From Spirochaetia bacterium (GTDB lineage Bacteria > Spirochaetota > Spirochaetia > DSM-2461), in the NCBI GenBank assembly GCA_963666985.2, contig CAXXIA010000001.1:1280001-1344000 (forward strand): a DNA stretch of 64,000 nt, read 5' to 3'. The notes beneath the pieces are model-generated. The model did not search any database. It saw only the letters and a list, made by a program, of their open reading frames with translations, and had not been told where the DNA came from. This document shows positions 30,969 through 39,948 of this stretch, piece by piece; position 1 is the stretch's first letter; each line of letters begins with the position of its first letter. The position numbers were made by a program, and so were the translations under genes.

Positions 30969-31343
30969 TCAATCAACGTGAGTCCGAAGATCGGTCCGCC
31001 ATGCGGATTTTTCTTCCTGTTTTTCCCAATCGACACTTCGGATAATTTTCAGCTTTCTCTGCTGATACGCCTGTGAATCAACGGCTGCAAAACTCCCGTT
31101 CCCAAGATAAATGACTTTCTCGCCTTCCTCGGGACGGAGCTGCTCCTCCGCGGATTTCAACGCGCATTCGAAATGAACGGCATGACCTCCGGCAGGCTCA
31201 CAGAGCGCCGAAGTAATGTCTTTAATCGGTTCCTTGCACATGTCGCACAGAGGCATGGGCCTCTCGACACGGCGAAAATCAGATCGCCGCGATCCGTTTT
31301 TTCGGCGGCCGCGGCGATCCCTGTTCTTAGGTTTTGTACTCAT
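30969..31343 (-). CDS. Hypothetical protein with basic N-terminus and putative Zn finger
   Basis: CDMC...HFEC, Arg-rich N-terminus; start revised to ATG 31343. Confidence 0.75.
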   Translation of the reverse strand: MSTKPKNRDRRGRRKNGSRRSDFRRVERPMPLCDMCKEPIKDITSALCEPAGGHAVHFECALKSAEEQLRPEEGEKVIYLGNGSFAAVDSQAYQQRKLKIIRSVDWEKQEEKSAWRTDLRTHVD

Positions 31344-31488
31344 TCTTGTTCCCGTTACGATTGACAATTTCGTCCGTCAATTTGATGGCGATTCGGTCAA
31401 TCGCGAGTTGGAGGTAATGCTGATCATTAATCTTGACCTTCAATTCCTCCAGCTTCACGGGGTCGGTCTGCTTGGCGATGCGTACCAT
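31327..31488 (-). CDS. Small protein (53 aa), FlgM C-terminus-like; missing from the ORF track
   Basis: AAGGAG RBS; MVRIAKQTDPVKLEELKVKINDQHYLQLAIDRIAIKLTDEIVNRNGNKNEYKT; fills the operon gap. Confidence 0.75.
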   Translation of the reverse strand: MVRIAKQTDPVKLEELKVKINDQHYLQLAIDRIAIKLTDEIVNRNGNKNEYKT

Positions 31489-31503
31489 CGGAGCTCCTTC
31501 TCC

Positions 31504-31854
31504 CTAAAACGCATTTTCCCAATGATCCAGTTCCTCCATCCTCCGTGACAGAAGAATCAGATCGAAGCGGATACGACAACCGCCGAGTTCCGGATGACTG
31601 TGCAGGAAATAGGATGCGACTCTTCGGATTTTCCCGCGCTTGCGCGAGTCAACCGAACGTCCCAGGCTCTCCACTCCCAGAACGTCCCAGGTTTTCACCT
31701 CGACGAAGACGACAACATCGTCCTTCCTAGCTATAATATCGACCTCTCCCGGCCCTGATCTGAATCGTCTTTTAAGAATTTGATACCCTTTTTCTTCAAG
31801 ATAAAGGGCGGCCTTGTCTTCTCCTTTTTTTCCTTTTTGGCTGGTGGACTCCAT
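31504..31854 (-). CDS. yraN: YraN-family (UPF0102) endonuclease-like protein
   Basis: GKKGED.A, GEVDIIA, FVEVKT, RFD. Confidence 0.92.
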   Translation of the reverse strand: MESTSQKGKKGEDKAALYLEEKGYQILKRRFRSGPGEVDIIARKDDVVVFVEVKTWDVLGVESLGRSVDSRKRGKIRRVASYFLHSHPELGGCRIRFDLILLSRRMEELDHWENAF

Positions 31855-31876
31855 TTCAAGCCCGTATCAGGCCTTA

Positions 31877-33010
31877 TCAGGCCCTTTTCTTCTCTATAAG
31901 ACTCCGGATATCCAAAGCCCTGGCAATAAAGAGATTCCTGTTGCTCAAAAGATCGATAACAGGGCCGGTATCGCCTTTGTATTCTCTTCCGGCGCTGTTG
32001 ATCAGAATAATAATCTCCGGTCTGAGGGGCGCTTCTTCCTGAGAGCTGATGACTCTTCCGATACTGCCGTCCGAAAGAAGAACAAGGCTTCCCACCGGAT
32101 AAAGACCCATGGCGCGGATGAAGATTTTTACGATTTCAGGATCGAATCTCCGCTGATTATCGCTCAAGATGGCGCGCATGGCTTCATATCCGATCATTGA
32201 GTTCCTCCACGGCCGCTCGGAAACCATGGCCTCAAAAGCATCGACGACCGATACGATGCGCGCTTCAAAGAGAATATTCGAACCGGAAAGTCCTTGAGGG
32301 TAACCATCACCATCCCATCTCTCGTGATGCTGCAGAGCGATCTGCGCGATTTCCTCGGAAAGCTGCAATTCCTTATTGATTATTCTGTAGGAATACACGG
32401 GATGTGTTTTAAGGGTTTTCAGCTCCTGAGCCTCCAAGGCCCGATCCTGTTCCACAATCTCCTGCGGAACTCTCTGCATGCCTACGTCGTGGAGTAAAGC
32501 CCCGCTACAGAGCTGAAAAATCTTATGCCGCGGACGGTTAAGGGCGAGCCCCACGGTAACCGACAAAAGTCCGCAGTTCACGGCGCTCTTTGCGTAATTT
32601 TTCGCTTTGGAGCTGTTGGTTAAAACAAGCCTGACCGCGTCGACTTTTTTTTCTTCAACTTTTTCGATAATGGAGATGACAATCGTTTCGATTTCTTTTT
32701 CCGTTACTCGGTCCAGATTCCTGATCCGGGAAAACATATCGTCGGTCTTGTCGATTGTCGAGTTGTAGAACACGAACAGCTGATCGTCGGCGGGAAGTCC
32801 CCACAAATTCTCAGGAGCACTTCCGAATTCATCGACATCCTGTACGCTTCCTTCGGTCTCAACCTCTTCAACTTTCCAGTTTTTGAGCCGCTGAAGATCT
32901 TTTTCCCTGATGGGAACGCCCGCAGGAATGAAGACCGTATCGTCTTCGATGTACACGGGATGGGTGAAGGTTTGTCCCGCTTTCAGGTCCTCAACTCTAA
33001 TGTAGTTCAT
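31877..33010 (-). CDS. HD-GYP domain c-di-GMP phosphodiesterase
   Basis: LLHDVG, HHERWDGDGYPQG, VDAFEAM, RPWR. Confidence 0.9.
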   Translation of the reverse strand: MNYIRVEDLKAGQTFTHPVYIEDDTVFIPAGVPIREKDLQRLKNWKVEEVETEGSVQDVDEFGSAPENLWGLPADDQLFVFYNSTIDKTDDMFSRIRNLDRVTEKEIETIVISIIEKVEEKKVDAVRLVLTNSSKAKNYAKSAVNCGLLSVTVGLALNRPRHKIFQLCSGALLHDVGMQRVPQEIVEQDRALEAQELKTLKTHPVYSYRIINKELQLSEEIAQIALQHHERWDGDGYPQGLSGSNILFEARIVSVVDAFEAMVSERPWRNSMIGYEAMRAILSDNQRRFDPEIVKIFIRAMGLYPVGSLVLLSDGSIGRVISSQEEAPLRPEIIILINSAGREYKGDTGPVIDLLSNRNLFIARALDIRSLIEKKRA

Positions 33011-33260
33011 CTCTTCCCCTGGTCTCGTACACGAATTTTAATATTTCCGCCACCGCGATCCAATATTTTTCGGGAACCGAATCGAAAGGATTCATCCCGG
33101 ATAAGGATTCGGCCAAATCATGCGATTGAATTACGGGAACACCGGCTTCTTTTGCGATCCTGCACAAAAATTCGGCCGCGTCCCCCGTACCCTTTGCCAA
33201 AACACGCGGCGCGTAATCACCTTGCTTATATCCGAGCGCGGCGGCTTTCTTTCGGTTCAT
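32997..33260 (-). CDS. FlhB C-terminal-like (EscU/YscU/HrcU family) small protein
   Basis: AAALGY...APRVLAKG.G, GVPV, VPEKYW.AVAEIL. Confidence 0.88.
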   Translation of the reverse strand: MNRKKAAALGYKQGDYAPRVLAKGTGDAAEFLCRIAKEAGVPVIQSHDLAESLSGMNPFDSVPEKYWIAVAEILKFVYETRGRDELH

Positions 33261-34246
33261 AACCGTTCCTCAAGGTTTTGAGCGGCATTAAGGGCTCCTT
33301 CCGTAAAGCCGTCGCTTTCCTCAATCGATTGAAGTGTATCACTTACAATGAAATTCAGCAAAGCCAGGCGTTCCCTGAATCGAGTCCATGCAATATCGTC
33401 CACCGCGGTCTCCGCTCCGATATAACAATCCATCCGAGGATTTTCTTTGCCGCTGAGGAGAAATTCAAACAGCCTTTTGCCGTCCCGAACGGTCAGAGCG
33501 ACCGTAGGATCCTTTCCTTTTCGTATTTTCCAAATCAGATCAAGATCCTGACCGTCCAAGCGGCGTTCCATTCTCCGAAACGTCCATTTTCCATCATGTC
33601 CGTCAACGCCGCTCAGAAGATCCAGAAGCGGTTCTCCCGCCTCACTTTCGTCGGCGGCTTCGGAGAGAAGCTCCCGCTGACTCGGGGGCTTCGGCCATTC
33701 TCCGCGGTTTTCTCCTTTACGGTCTTTCCCCTCCCCTCCGCCGCCGTCGAGAAGATCGCCGACGGCTTCAAGAAAATCGGCACCGGGGTCGGCTCCTTTC
33801 GAAACGATTTCCGCGTAAAGTCGCGCCATAAGAAGTTTCCTGCCCCGTGTTCTGTTCAGAAGAGCGCTTCGTCTGGCAGTCTCGGCCCCATCCGGGATGG
33901 GAAGTCCCGCCCGCAGAATCGCCGATAAAAGAAGAGCTTTGATTCCGAAACTCTCCGCCGGCGCGGCACCCGTACCTTGGGATACGGATAATCCGGCCGG
34001 CGGCATGCCTTCAAGGAGCTTCAAACGCAAAGCGTTTCCGCTTTGTTCAATTTTCGCCGTGAAAATTTGTCCGGGACGGAAGAAGAGGTGGCTTTTGGCT
34101 ATAACGGCACGATTATTTATAAGAAGAGACACCTTGCCGCCGGGCAGGATGTCCTTGACGCGTACGATAACTGTTTTCCCGGGACGTATTTCATCCCCGG
34201 GAATGGAATCGATCTTTCGGAAGGTAATGCCGACGGGCCCTGGCAT
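33257..34246 (-). CDS. Hypothetical protein (possibly FliK-like)
   Basis: 329 aa, coupled to the FlhB-like gene; function inferred only from context. Confidence 0.65.
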   Translation of the reverse strand: MPGPVGITFRKIDSIPGDEIRPGKTVIVRVKDILPGGKVSLLINNRAVIAKSHLFFRPGQIFTAKIEQSGNALRLKLLEGMPPAGLSVSQGTGAAPAESFGIKALLLSAILRAGLPIPDGAETARRSALLNRTRGRKLLMARLYAEIVSKGADPGADFLEAVGDLLDGGGGEGKDRKGENRGEWPKPPSQRELLSEAADESEAGEPLLDLLSGVDGHDGKWTFRRMERRLDGQDLDLIWKIRKGKDPTVALTVRDGKRLFEFLLSGKENPRMDCYIGAETAVDDIAWTRFRERLALLNFIVSDTLQSIEESDGFTEGALNAAQNLEERL

Positions 34247-34260
34247 GCTCCCCGATCTTT

Positions 34261-34632
34261 TTAACCGACAGCCGTCTGGTTTTTGCTCTTAATGAGTTCT
34301 TTAACCTTCGTTGCCTTGCGGCCGACGCGGTTGCGGATAAAGTAGAGCTTGGCTCGACGGACCTTACCTTTGCGAATCACTTCGAATTTTTCCACTCTCG
34401 GGGAATTGACGGGGAAAATCCTCTCCACGCCGACACCGTAGGAAATCTTTCGAACGGTAACCGTACGGCTTATTCCTGAATTATTGGCGGCGATCACCAG
34501 GCCTTCATAGACCTGAACGCGTTCGGTCTTGCCTTCAACGATGCGGTAATGAACCTTCACGGTATCGCCGATACGGAATGTCTCGGCTCCGTCTTTAATC
34601 TGTTCGGCTTCGATAGCTTTGATCACATCCAT
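34261..34632 (-). CDS. rplS: 50S ribosomal protein L19
   Basis: [33 protein letters not shown]. Confidence 0.98.
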   Translation of the reverse strand: MDVIKAIEAEQIKDGAETFRIGDTVKVHYRIVEGKTERVQVYEGLVIAANNSGISRTVTVRKISYGVGVERIFPVNSPRVEKFEVIRKGKVRRAKLYFIRNRVGRKATKVKELIKSKNQTAVG

Positions 34633-34635
34633 TTT

Positions 34636-35364
34636 TTATCCTTCCGACTTTTCTCGCAGCTCGTCGCGGACTCGTCGTATTTCTTCATCCGGCTCATCGC
34701 CTTCAATCAGGTCGGGCCGGTTCTTCAGGGTCTTTTCCACCCGTTTTCTCATTCGCCACGCGTCAATATTCGCGTGGTGTCCTCCGAGGAGGATTTCGGG
34801 AACCCGGAGGTTTCGAAAAACCTCCGGTCTGGTGTAATGCGGATATTCCAAAAGAGGCTGCTCGAAACTTTCCTCTTCCAGGGACTCCCGTGTAATCACA
34901 CCGTCCAAGAGACGGTAGATTGCATCCACCATTACCAGAGCCGCTATTTCTCCGGAAGAAATAACGTAATCTCCGATGGACAGCTCGTCATCGACATACA
35001 AATCGATAATCCGCTGATCAATTCCTTCGTAGCGGCCGCAGATGAATACCAGCTCTTCCGCTTCCGCCAATTCGCGGGCAACGCCTTGAGTGAACTTCTT
35101 TCCCGAGGGCGTGGGATACACAACCCGCTTATCGGAAGCTCCGACGGCATCCAGGGCTCTTGAAAGCGGTTCTGCCTTCAAGACCATTCCCGCGCCGCCG
35201 CCATAGGGAGAATCGTCGCAAACGCGGTGCCTATCATACGCATAATCGCGTATATTGACAAGTTCGTATTCCACCAGTTTCCTCTGCACCGCTTTGGACA
35301 TAATGGAGTCGTCGAAGTAGCCCTGGAGAATCCCGGGAAACAAACTCAAAATTGTGAATTTCAC
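34636..35364 (-). CDS. trmD: tRNA (guanine37-N1)-methyltransferase
   Basis: DDSPYGGGAGM, CGRYEGIDQR, SIGDYVISSGE, EYPHYTRP. Confidence 0.98.
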   Translation of the reverse strand: MKFTILSLFPGILQGYFDDSIMSKAVQRKLVEYELVNIRDYAYDRHRVCDDSPYGGGAGMVLKAEPLSRALDAVGASDKRVVYPTPSGKKFTQGVARELAEAEELVFICGRYEGIDQRIIDLYVDDELSIGDYVISSGEIAALVMVDAIYRLLDGVITRESLEEESFEQPLLEYPHYTRPEVFRNLRVPEILLGGHHANIDAWRMRKRVEKTLKNRPDLIEGDEPDEEIRRVRDELREKSEG

Positions 35365-35873
35365 GGCTGATCATCCAGCCACGTCGCCGTGAGTACGATG
35401 GTTCCGGTCTTTAAATCCGGTTCTCCGACAAACTCGGCCCTAAAGGGAACGAAAAAAGTTCTGCCGTCGCTTTTTTGCACTTCCAAAAGGTCGTCGGAAG
35501 ATACGATGAGACCGACGATGGAACCGATGCTCTCTCCGGCTTCGGAGATAACCCTAAGTCCGACAAGATCCCGCAAATACCATTCACCTTTTTCAAGGTG
35601 CGCGGCCCGATCCCGTCCAACCCAAATTTCCATTCCGGCGCAGGTTTTCCCTTCTTCGGGAGTTTCCATGCCTTCCAGCTTGATCAGCCCGCCGCCGTGA
35701 TGCATGCGAAATCCTTCCACGCGGAAGGTTCGCCCCCGCTCGGCACCCCTTCGGCGCAGTTCCACCTCTTCGAGAGACTGGAAATGATCCCATTCACCCG
35801 AATGACTGGTTACTTTCAGCCAGCCTTTAACACCCCAGGAGGTGCGTATGGATCCTATGGTTACGCGGTCCAT
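35361..35873 (-). CDS. rimM: 16S rRNA processing protein
   Basis: IGSIRTSWGVKGWLK, WYLRDLVG, VPF; operon position. Confidence 0.92.
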   Translation of the reverse strand: MDRVTIGSIRTSWGVKGWLKVTSHSGEWDHFQSLEEVELRRRGAERGRTFRVEGFRMHHGGGLIKLEGMETPEEGKTCAGMEIWVGRDRAAHLEKGEWYLRDLVGLRVISEAGESIGSIVGLIVSSDDLLEVQKSDGRTFFVPFRAEFVGEPDLKTGTIVLTATWLDDQP

Positions 35874-35887
35874 CCGTGAAGAGCCTA

Positions 35888-36121
35888 TTAATCCAGAATC
35901 TCCAGAACAAACCGCTTCCCCGACTTGCTCGACGAAGCGCTCAAGATGGTCCGAACGGCTTTTGCGATGCGGCCGTGCTTGCCGATAACCTTCCCGATAT
36001 CATCCTCGGCGACCTTAAGTTCCAAAATCGTTGATTTTTCGCCTTCGATCATCGCGACTTCAACTTGATCCGGTTCGTCGACCAGGGAACGGGCTATGTA
36101 TTCAACCAGTTCTTTTTCCAT
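35888..36121 (-). CDS. khpA: KH-domain RNA-binding protein
   Basis: DIGKVIGKHGRIAKAVR. Confidence 0.93.
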   Translation of the reverse strand: MEKELVEYIARSLVDEPDQVEVAMIEGEKSTILELKVAEDDIGKVIGKHGRIAKAVRTILSASSSKSGKRFVLEILD

Positions 36122-36128
36122 AACCGGC

Positions 36129-36380
36129 CTACTTGACCGTGATGTTGATACTGTTCAGCAGGCGCTTAACGGTCGGGGTGGGACGAGCTCCTTTACCGAG
36201 CCAATCCTTTACCTTCTCTTCCTCTATTGAAAGCTGCTTGCCTTCAGATTCGATGGGATGATAATAGCCGACCTCTTCGATGGTTCGTCCGTCCCGAGGT
36301 TTTCGGGAATCCATCACGACGATCCTGTAATAAGGCCTCTTTTTGGTACCGATCCTTTTGAGTCTGATTTTAACGCTCAT
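36129..36380 (-). CDS. rpsP: 30S ribosomal protein S16
   Basis: [26 protein letters not shown]. Confidence 0.98.
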   Translation of the reverse strand: MSVKIRLKRIGTKKRPYYRIVVMDSRKPRDGRTIEEVGYYHPIESEGKQLSIEEEKVKDWLGKGARPTPTVKRLLNSINITVK

Positions 36381-36456
36381 GTGTGTTCAACTCCTTTGTG
36401 TCTTATCGGGCCTTTCGGATCAAACGGCCGATTTCCCGACACATCAACTTCAACTT

Positions 36457-37791
36457 CTATGTATTTGGGCCCATTGTGCCCATGAGCTGCTGCTGCAGTT
36501 TCTTATTTTTCGCCACTTTTTTCATCATGTTCCGCGTTTTATCAAAGTTCTTCAGCAGACGGTTCACGTCGGCGATATTCGTGCCGCTGCCTTTGGCGAT
36601 TCGTTTGCGCCGCGGAGGACCGATTATACGGTGATTCCGCCTCTCTTCCAAGGTCATGGAAAGGATGATGGCTTCTTCCTTCTTCCATTTCGCTTCATCA
36701 ATCTGCGATTCGTCGATGCGGCCGGCCATTCCGGGAAGCATTTCGAGAATGGACTGCATGCTTCCCATCTTCCGCATTCGGGAAAACTGATCGAGATAAT
36801 CTTCCAGGGTGAATGCGGCTTTCGCCATTTTTTCCTGAAGTTTCGCCGCTTCTTCAACGTCGATGGTCTCCTGGGCCTTTTCCACCAGGGAGACGACATC
36901 TCCCATGCCCAGAATGCGCGAAGCGATGCGTTCCGGATGAAATGGCTCCAGATTTTCGATTTTTTCGCCGACGCCGATGAATTTAACCGGTTTTCCGATA
37001 ACGCTTTTAAAGGACAAGGCGGCGCCGCCGCGGGCGTCGGAATCGAACTTACTTAAAACAATGCCCGTCAAATCCAGGCTTTCATCAAAACTTTTGGCAA
37101 TTTCAACGGCGTTCTGACCGGTCATGGCGTCGGCGACAAGCAGGATTTCATCCGGAGAGAGGGTGTTTTTCACCCGGACGAGTTCCTTCATCAAATCTTC
37201 GTCCACCTGCATTCGGCCGGCCGTATCGACGATAAGAACGTCGTACTGTTCTTTCTTCGCCTTTTTCAGGGCATTGGCGGCGACCTTCTCGGGTTTCGAA
37301 CCGTCCTCACGGTAGATTGCCACGCCGACTTGTCCGGCAAGAACGCCGAGCTGATCAGCGGCGGCCGGCCGGGTGAGGTCCGCGGCGGCGAGCAGAACTC
37401 GGCGGCCTTGGTTTTTCAGTCTTGCGGCGAGTTTTCCGGCCGTTGTGGTTTTACCCGATCCCTGGAGACCGGCCATCAGAATGACCGTGACGGTGTCGGG
37501 GCCTTTGAGCTCCAGCTCGGCCGTTCCTTCTCCGAGTAATCCGATGATTTTATCGTGAACGATCTTAACGAACTGCTGTCCGGGATTAACGGCCCTGAGA
37601 ACCTTTTCGCCCGTGGCTTCTTCGATGGTCCGGTTAACCAGCCGCCTGACGACGCGGAGATTCACATCGGCTTCCAGAAGGGCTGTTTTAATTTCCTCGA
37701 CGGCATCCCGAATGTTCTTCTCGTTTATCCGGGCGTTGCCCGACATTCTCCGGGTGATATCCGAGAAGGTTTCCGTCAATTTTTCAAGCAT
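36457..37791 (-). CDS. ffh: Signal recognition particle protein
   Basis: GLQGSGKTT, DTAGR, DARGGAALS, RILGMGD, M domain. Confidence 0.98.
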   Translation of the reverse strand: MLEKLTETFSDITRRMSGNARINEKNIRDAVEEIKTALLEADVNLRVVRRLVNRTIEEATGEKVLRAVNPGQQFVKIVHDKIIGLLGEGTAELELKGPDTVTVILMAGLQGSGKTTTAGKLAARLKNQGRRVLLAAADLTRPAAADQLGVLAGQVGVAIYREDGSKPEKVAANALKKAKKEQYDVLIVDTAGRMQVDEDLMKELVRVKNTLSPDEILLVADAMTGQNAVEIAKSFDESLDLTGIVLSKFDSDARGGAALSFKSVIGKPVKFIGVGEKIENLEPFHPERIASRILGMGDVVSLVEKAQETIDVEEAAKLQEKMAKAAFTLEDYLDQFSRMRKMGSMQSILEMLPGMAGRIDESQIDEAKWKKEEAIILSMTLEERRNHRIIGPPRRKRIAKGSGTNIADVNRLLKNFDKTRNMMKKVAKNKKLQQQLMGTMGPNT

Positions 37792-37930
37792 GGACCGTTT
37801 TCCTTGTATGGGCGTACCGGCGCGACACCGGCGGTGATTCGGCGAAGCACCACACTTTATACATTCGTGAAGGCGCGTGAGTCAACTCAAAACAACCGGC
37901 CGCGGCGGTATATCGGCACATGCTAAAGAA

Positions 37931-39550
37931 TTATCTTACACGAAAATACTGACGCTGCAGCCAGAAAAGTCTTTCCTGCGAAAGATCCTTCCATTTGGAG
38001 AGCGGCCAATCCGTAATAACTTTCCGATAGAGTTCCGCGGCCCGATCCATATCACGGCCTTCTCCGGGCTTTTCCAGAGAACTCGCAAGCTTATAGAGCC
38101 ACTCGGGGGTTCGTTCGCTTTCATCCATGGCGGCCAGCGACTCCAGAGCAAGCCGGCGCTGGCCGGCGTATCCCGCGCTCTTCTCCAGGATTTCCACGGT
38201 TTGAGCGAGGACCTCTTCTTCCGCTCCGTCTTCTATATAGGATGGGAGCCAAGTTATAAGCTGTGCCGTTGAGCCGCTCCGGGCGGCAAGTTCCATCAAA
38301 GCGGCCCGTGCCCGGCGGCCTTTCTCATCATGAGAAGAAGCTTCGCGTTCCAGAAGTTCCAGGGCTTCTCCAATACGTCCGGATTCGGCCGCTTCCTTTG
38401 CCGATTCGATTCCGGCGAATCCGTTACTTTCACCGCCGTTTCCCCGAAGGCCCTCATCGGAGGAAATGTTGTTCTCCCCAACGCCGACAATCCGCACCGC
38501 TCTCTCGCTTCCTCCCGAAGAAAGATCCTGCCGTTCAAATACGAGGTTCCAGCGGCCCGTATCGCTGAACTCAAAAAGAAAACGTGTTGAATCGCCGTCC
38601 CGCTCCCGATCCAGAAAACGCCAGGGACCCGGTGTGGAAAGATCGGAACGGAAAACCCAGCCCTGTCCTTGAAGTATCACCGAGATTTCACCGGGCTCGG
38701 GAATGGTTCGGTCGGGGGCTTCCGCCGAAGATGCGGGGTAGCGCGTTTGGATTTCGGATTCGCCGGGAGACGCGGCGGGAGATCGAACGATGCTCGGGCT
38801 CTCGGGAAAGGTCTCCGCCGTTCCCGAGACCTTATCGGTATGGCCGAGAGCTTCATCGGTTCCCGACTCAATGGACTCGGGGGCGTTAACCGTACTCCCG
38901 GTTGAAAAATCATATGGCTGATCTTCGGTAAGAAGAGGATTTTGCGGTCTCTCGCCGTTTTCACCCCGGGATGAATCATTAGATGAAGATTCCGTTGGAA
39001 AAACGCTTAGGCCGGAATCCCCGCCCCCGGCGATGTTCACTTTATCTTCGGCCGCCCTTGGAATCTCCGATTCCGAGTCTCCGGAGGTTATTCCGTTCGC
39101 AAAATCAATCACCGATTCGGCATTTGAGTCTTCGGGGGGCTTCTTAACCGGTTTTTCCTTAATGGGATCGGCGCCGCCGACGGAATGTTCTTCGGCCGGA
39201 CTTTCATAAAAGATATCGGAATCACCGATCGGCGATTCGTTTTTTCCCTCAGGTTTTTCAATGGCGGAGGAATCCGCCGATTCGGGTTCGTCCACGGTTT
39301 CCACGGTTTCCGGGGTTTTTAAATCCGCTTCAGCCGCGGCCTGAGCCGCTTCATTTTGCCCTTCCGTTTGAACTTCGGGACTCTCCGTTCTCTGGAGTTC
39401 CGCTCCATTCGCGGGCACAGCCGGAGCGGCTGTGTCCGCGCTCTTGGCTGTGTCCGCTGTGTCATTCGACGGAGAACCCGCGCAGGCGATGAGTAAAATC
39501 ACCGAAGCGACGGCGGCCGATCGATACGGAAAAAAACGCAGAGGATTCAA
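37931..39550 (-). CDS. Lipoprotein with long acidic disordered region and C-terminal TPR-like repeats
   Basis: Lipobox LLIAC; low-complexity middle; WLYKLA...AAELYRKVITDWP. Confidence 0.75.
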   Translation of the reverse strand: MNPLRFFPYRSAAVASVILLIACAGSPSNDTADTAKSADTAAPAVPANGAELQRTESPEVQTEGQNEAAQAAAEADLKTPETVETVDEPESADSSAIEKPEGKNESPIGDSDIFYESPAEEHSVGGADPIKEKPVKKPPEDSNAESVIDFANGITSGDSESEIPRAAEDKVNIAGGGDSGLSVFPTESSSNDSSRGENGERPQNPLLTEDQPYDFSTGSTVNAPESIESGTDEALGHTDKVSGTAETFPESPSIVRSPAASPGESEIQTRYPASSAEAPDRTIPEPGEISVILQGQGWVFRSDLSTPGPWRFLDRERDGDSTRFLFEFSDTGRWNLVFERQDLSSGGSERAVRIVGVGENNISSDEGLRGNGGESNGFAGIESAKEAAESGRIGEALELLEREASSHDEKGRRARAALMELAARSGSTAQLITWLPSYIEDGAEEEVLAQTVEILEKSAGYAGQRRLALESLAAMDESERTPEWLYKLASSLEKPGEGRDMDRAAELYRKVITDWPLSKWKDLSQERLFWLQRQYFRVR

Positions 39551-39948
39551 GGTTTCTCCGCCCGCGGAAGCGGCGAGACGTTTAAGGAGTTTAAAACTTT
39601 CGCATCATTATCTTCACGCAATGTGTCGAGTCCCGCTTCGGAAGGATCGATCCAGTATTGCCGGATTTCGTCTTCCGTCCAAAAACGTTTCGGTTCCCTC
39701 ACCGGATAGGTTACACCCGCTTCCGGATTTCGCGCGTCGAGATAAAAATCCTCCATTCCGAAAGAGGTGCTGCTGGCCAGAGCCTGTGTTTCCCGGCGCC
39801 GGCGTTCTTCTTCGATAATCCGCGCATTGCGATCTCTTGCGGAAATACTCACGACAATGGCGATCACGGAAATCAGCGTAATGAGAACAAAACTGCCGAG
39901 AAGAATGACCAATCCTTTTTTATCGATCAGCCGCAACGGGTTCTTCAT
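39547..39948 (-). CDS. Hypothetical single-pass membrane protein
   Basis: N-terminal TM; overlaps both neighbours in the smc operon. Confidence 0.7.
   Translation of the reverse strand: MKNPLRLIDKKGLVILLGSFVLITLISVIAIVVSISARDRNARIIEEERRRRETQALASSTSFGMEDFYLDARNPEAGVTYPVREPKRFWTEDEIRQYWIDPSEAGLDTLREDNDAKVLNSLNVSPLPRAEKP

Noticed and set aside
37792..37930. SRP RNA next to ffh
   Set aside because: The helix 8 pattern (CAGG...GNRA...AGCAG) is not present
39428..39465. Short GCTGTGTCC repeats
   Set aside because: They encode DTA repeats in a low-complexity lipoprotein linker
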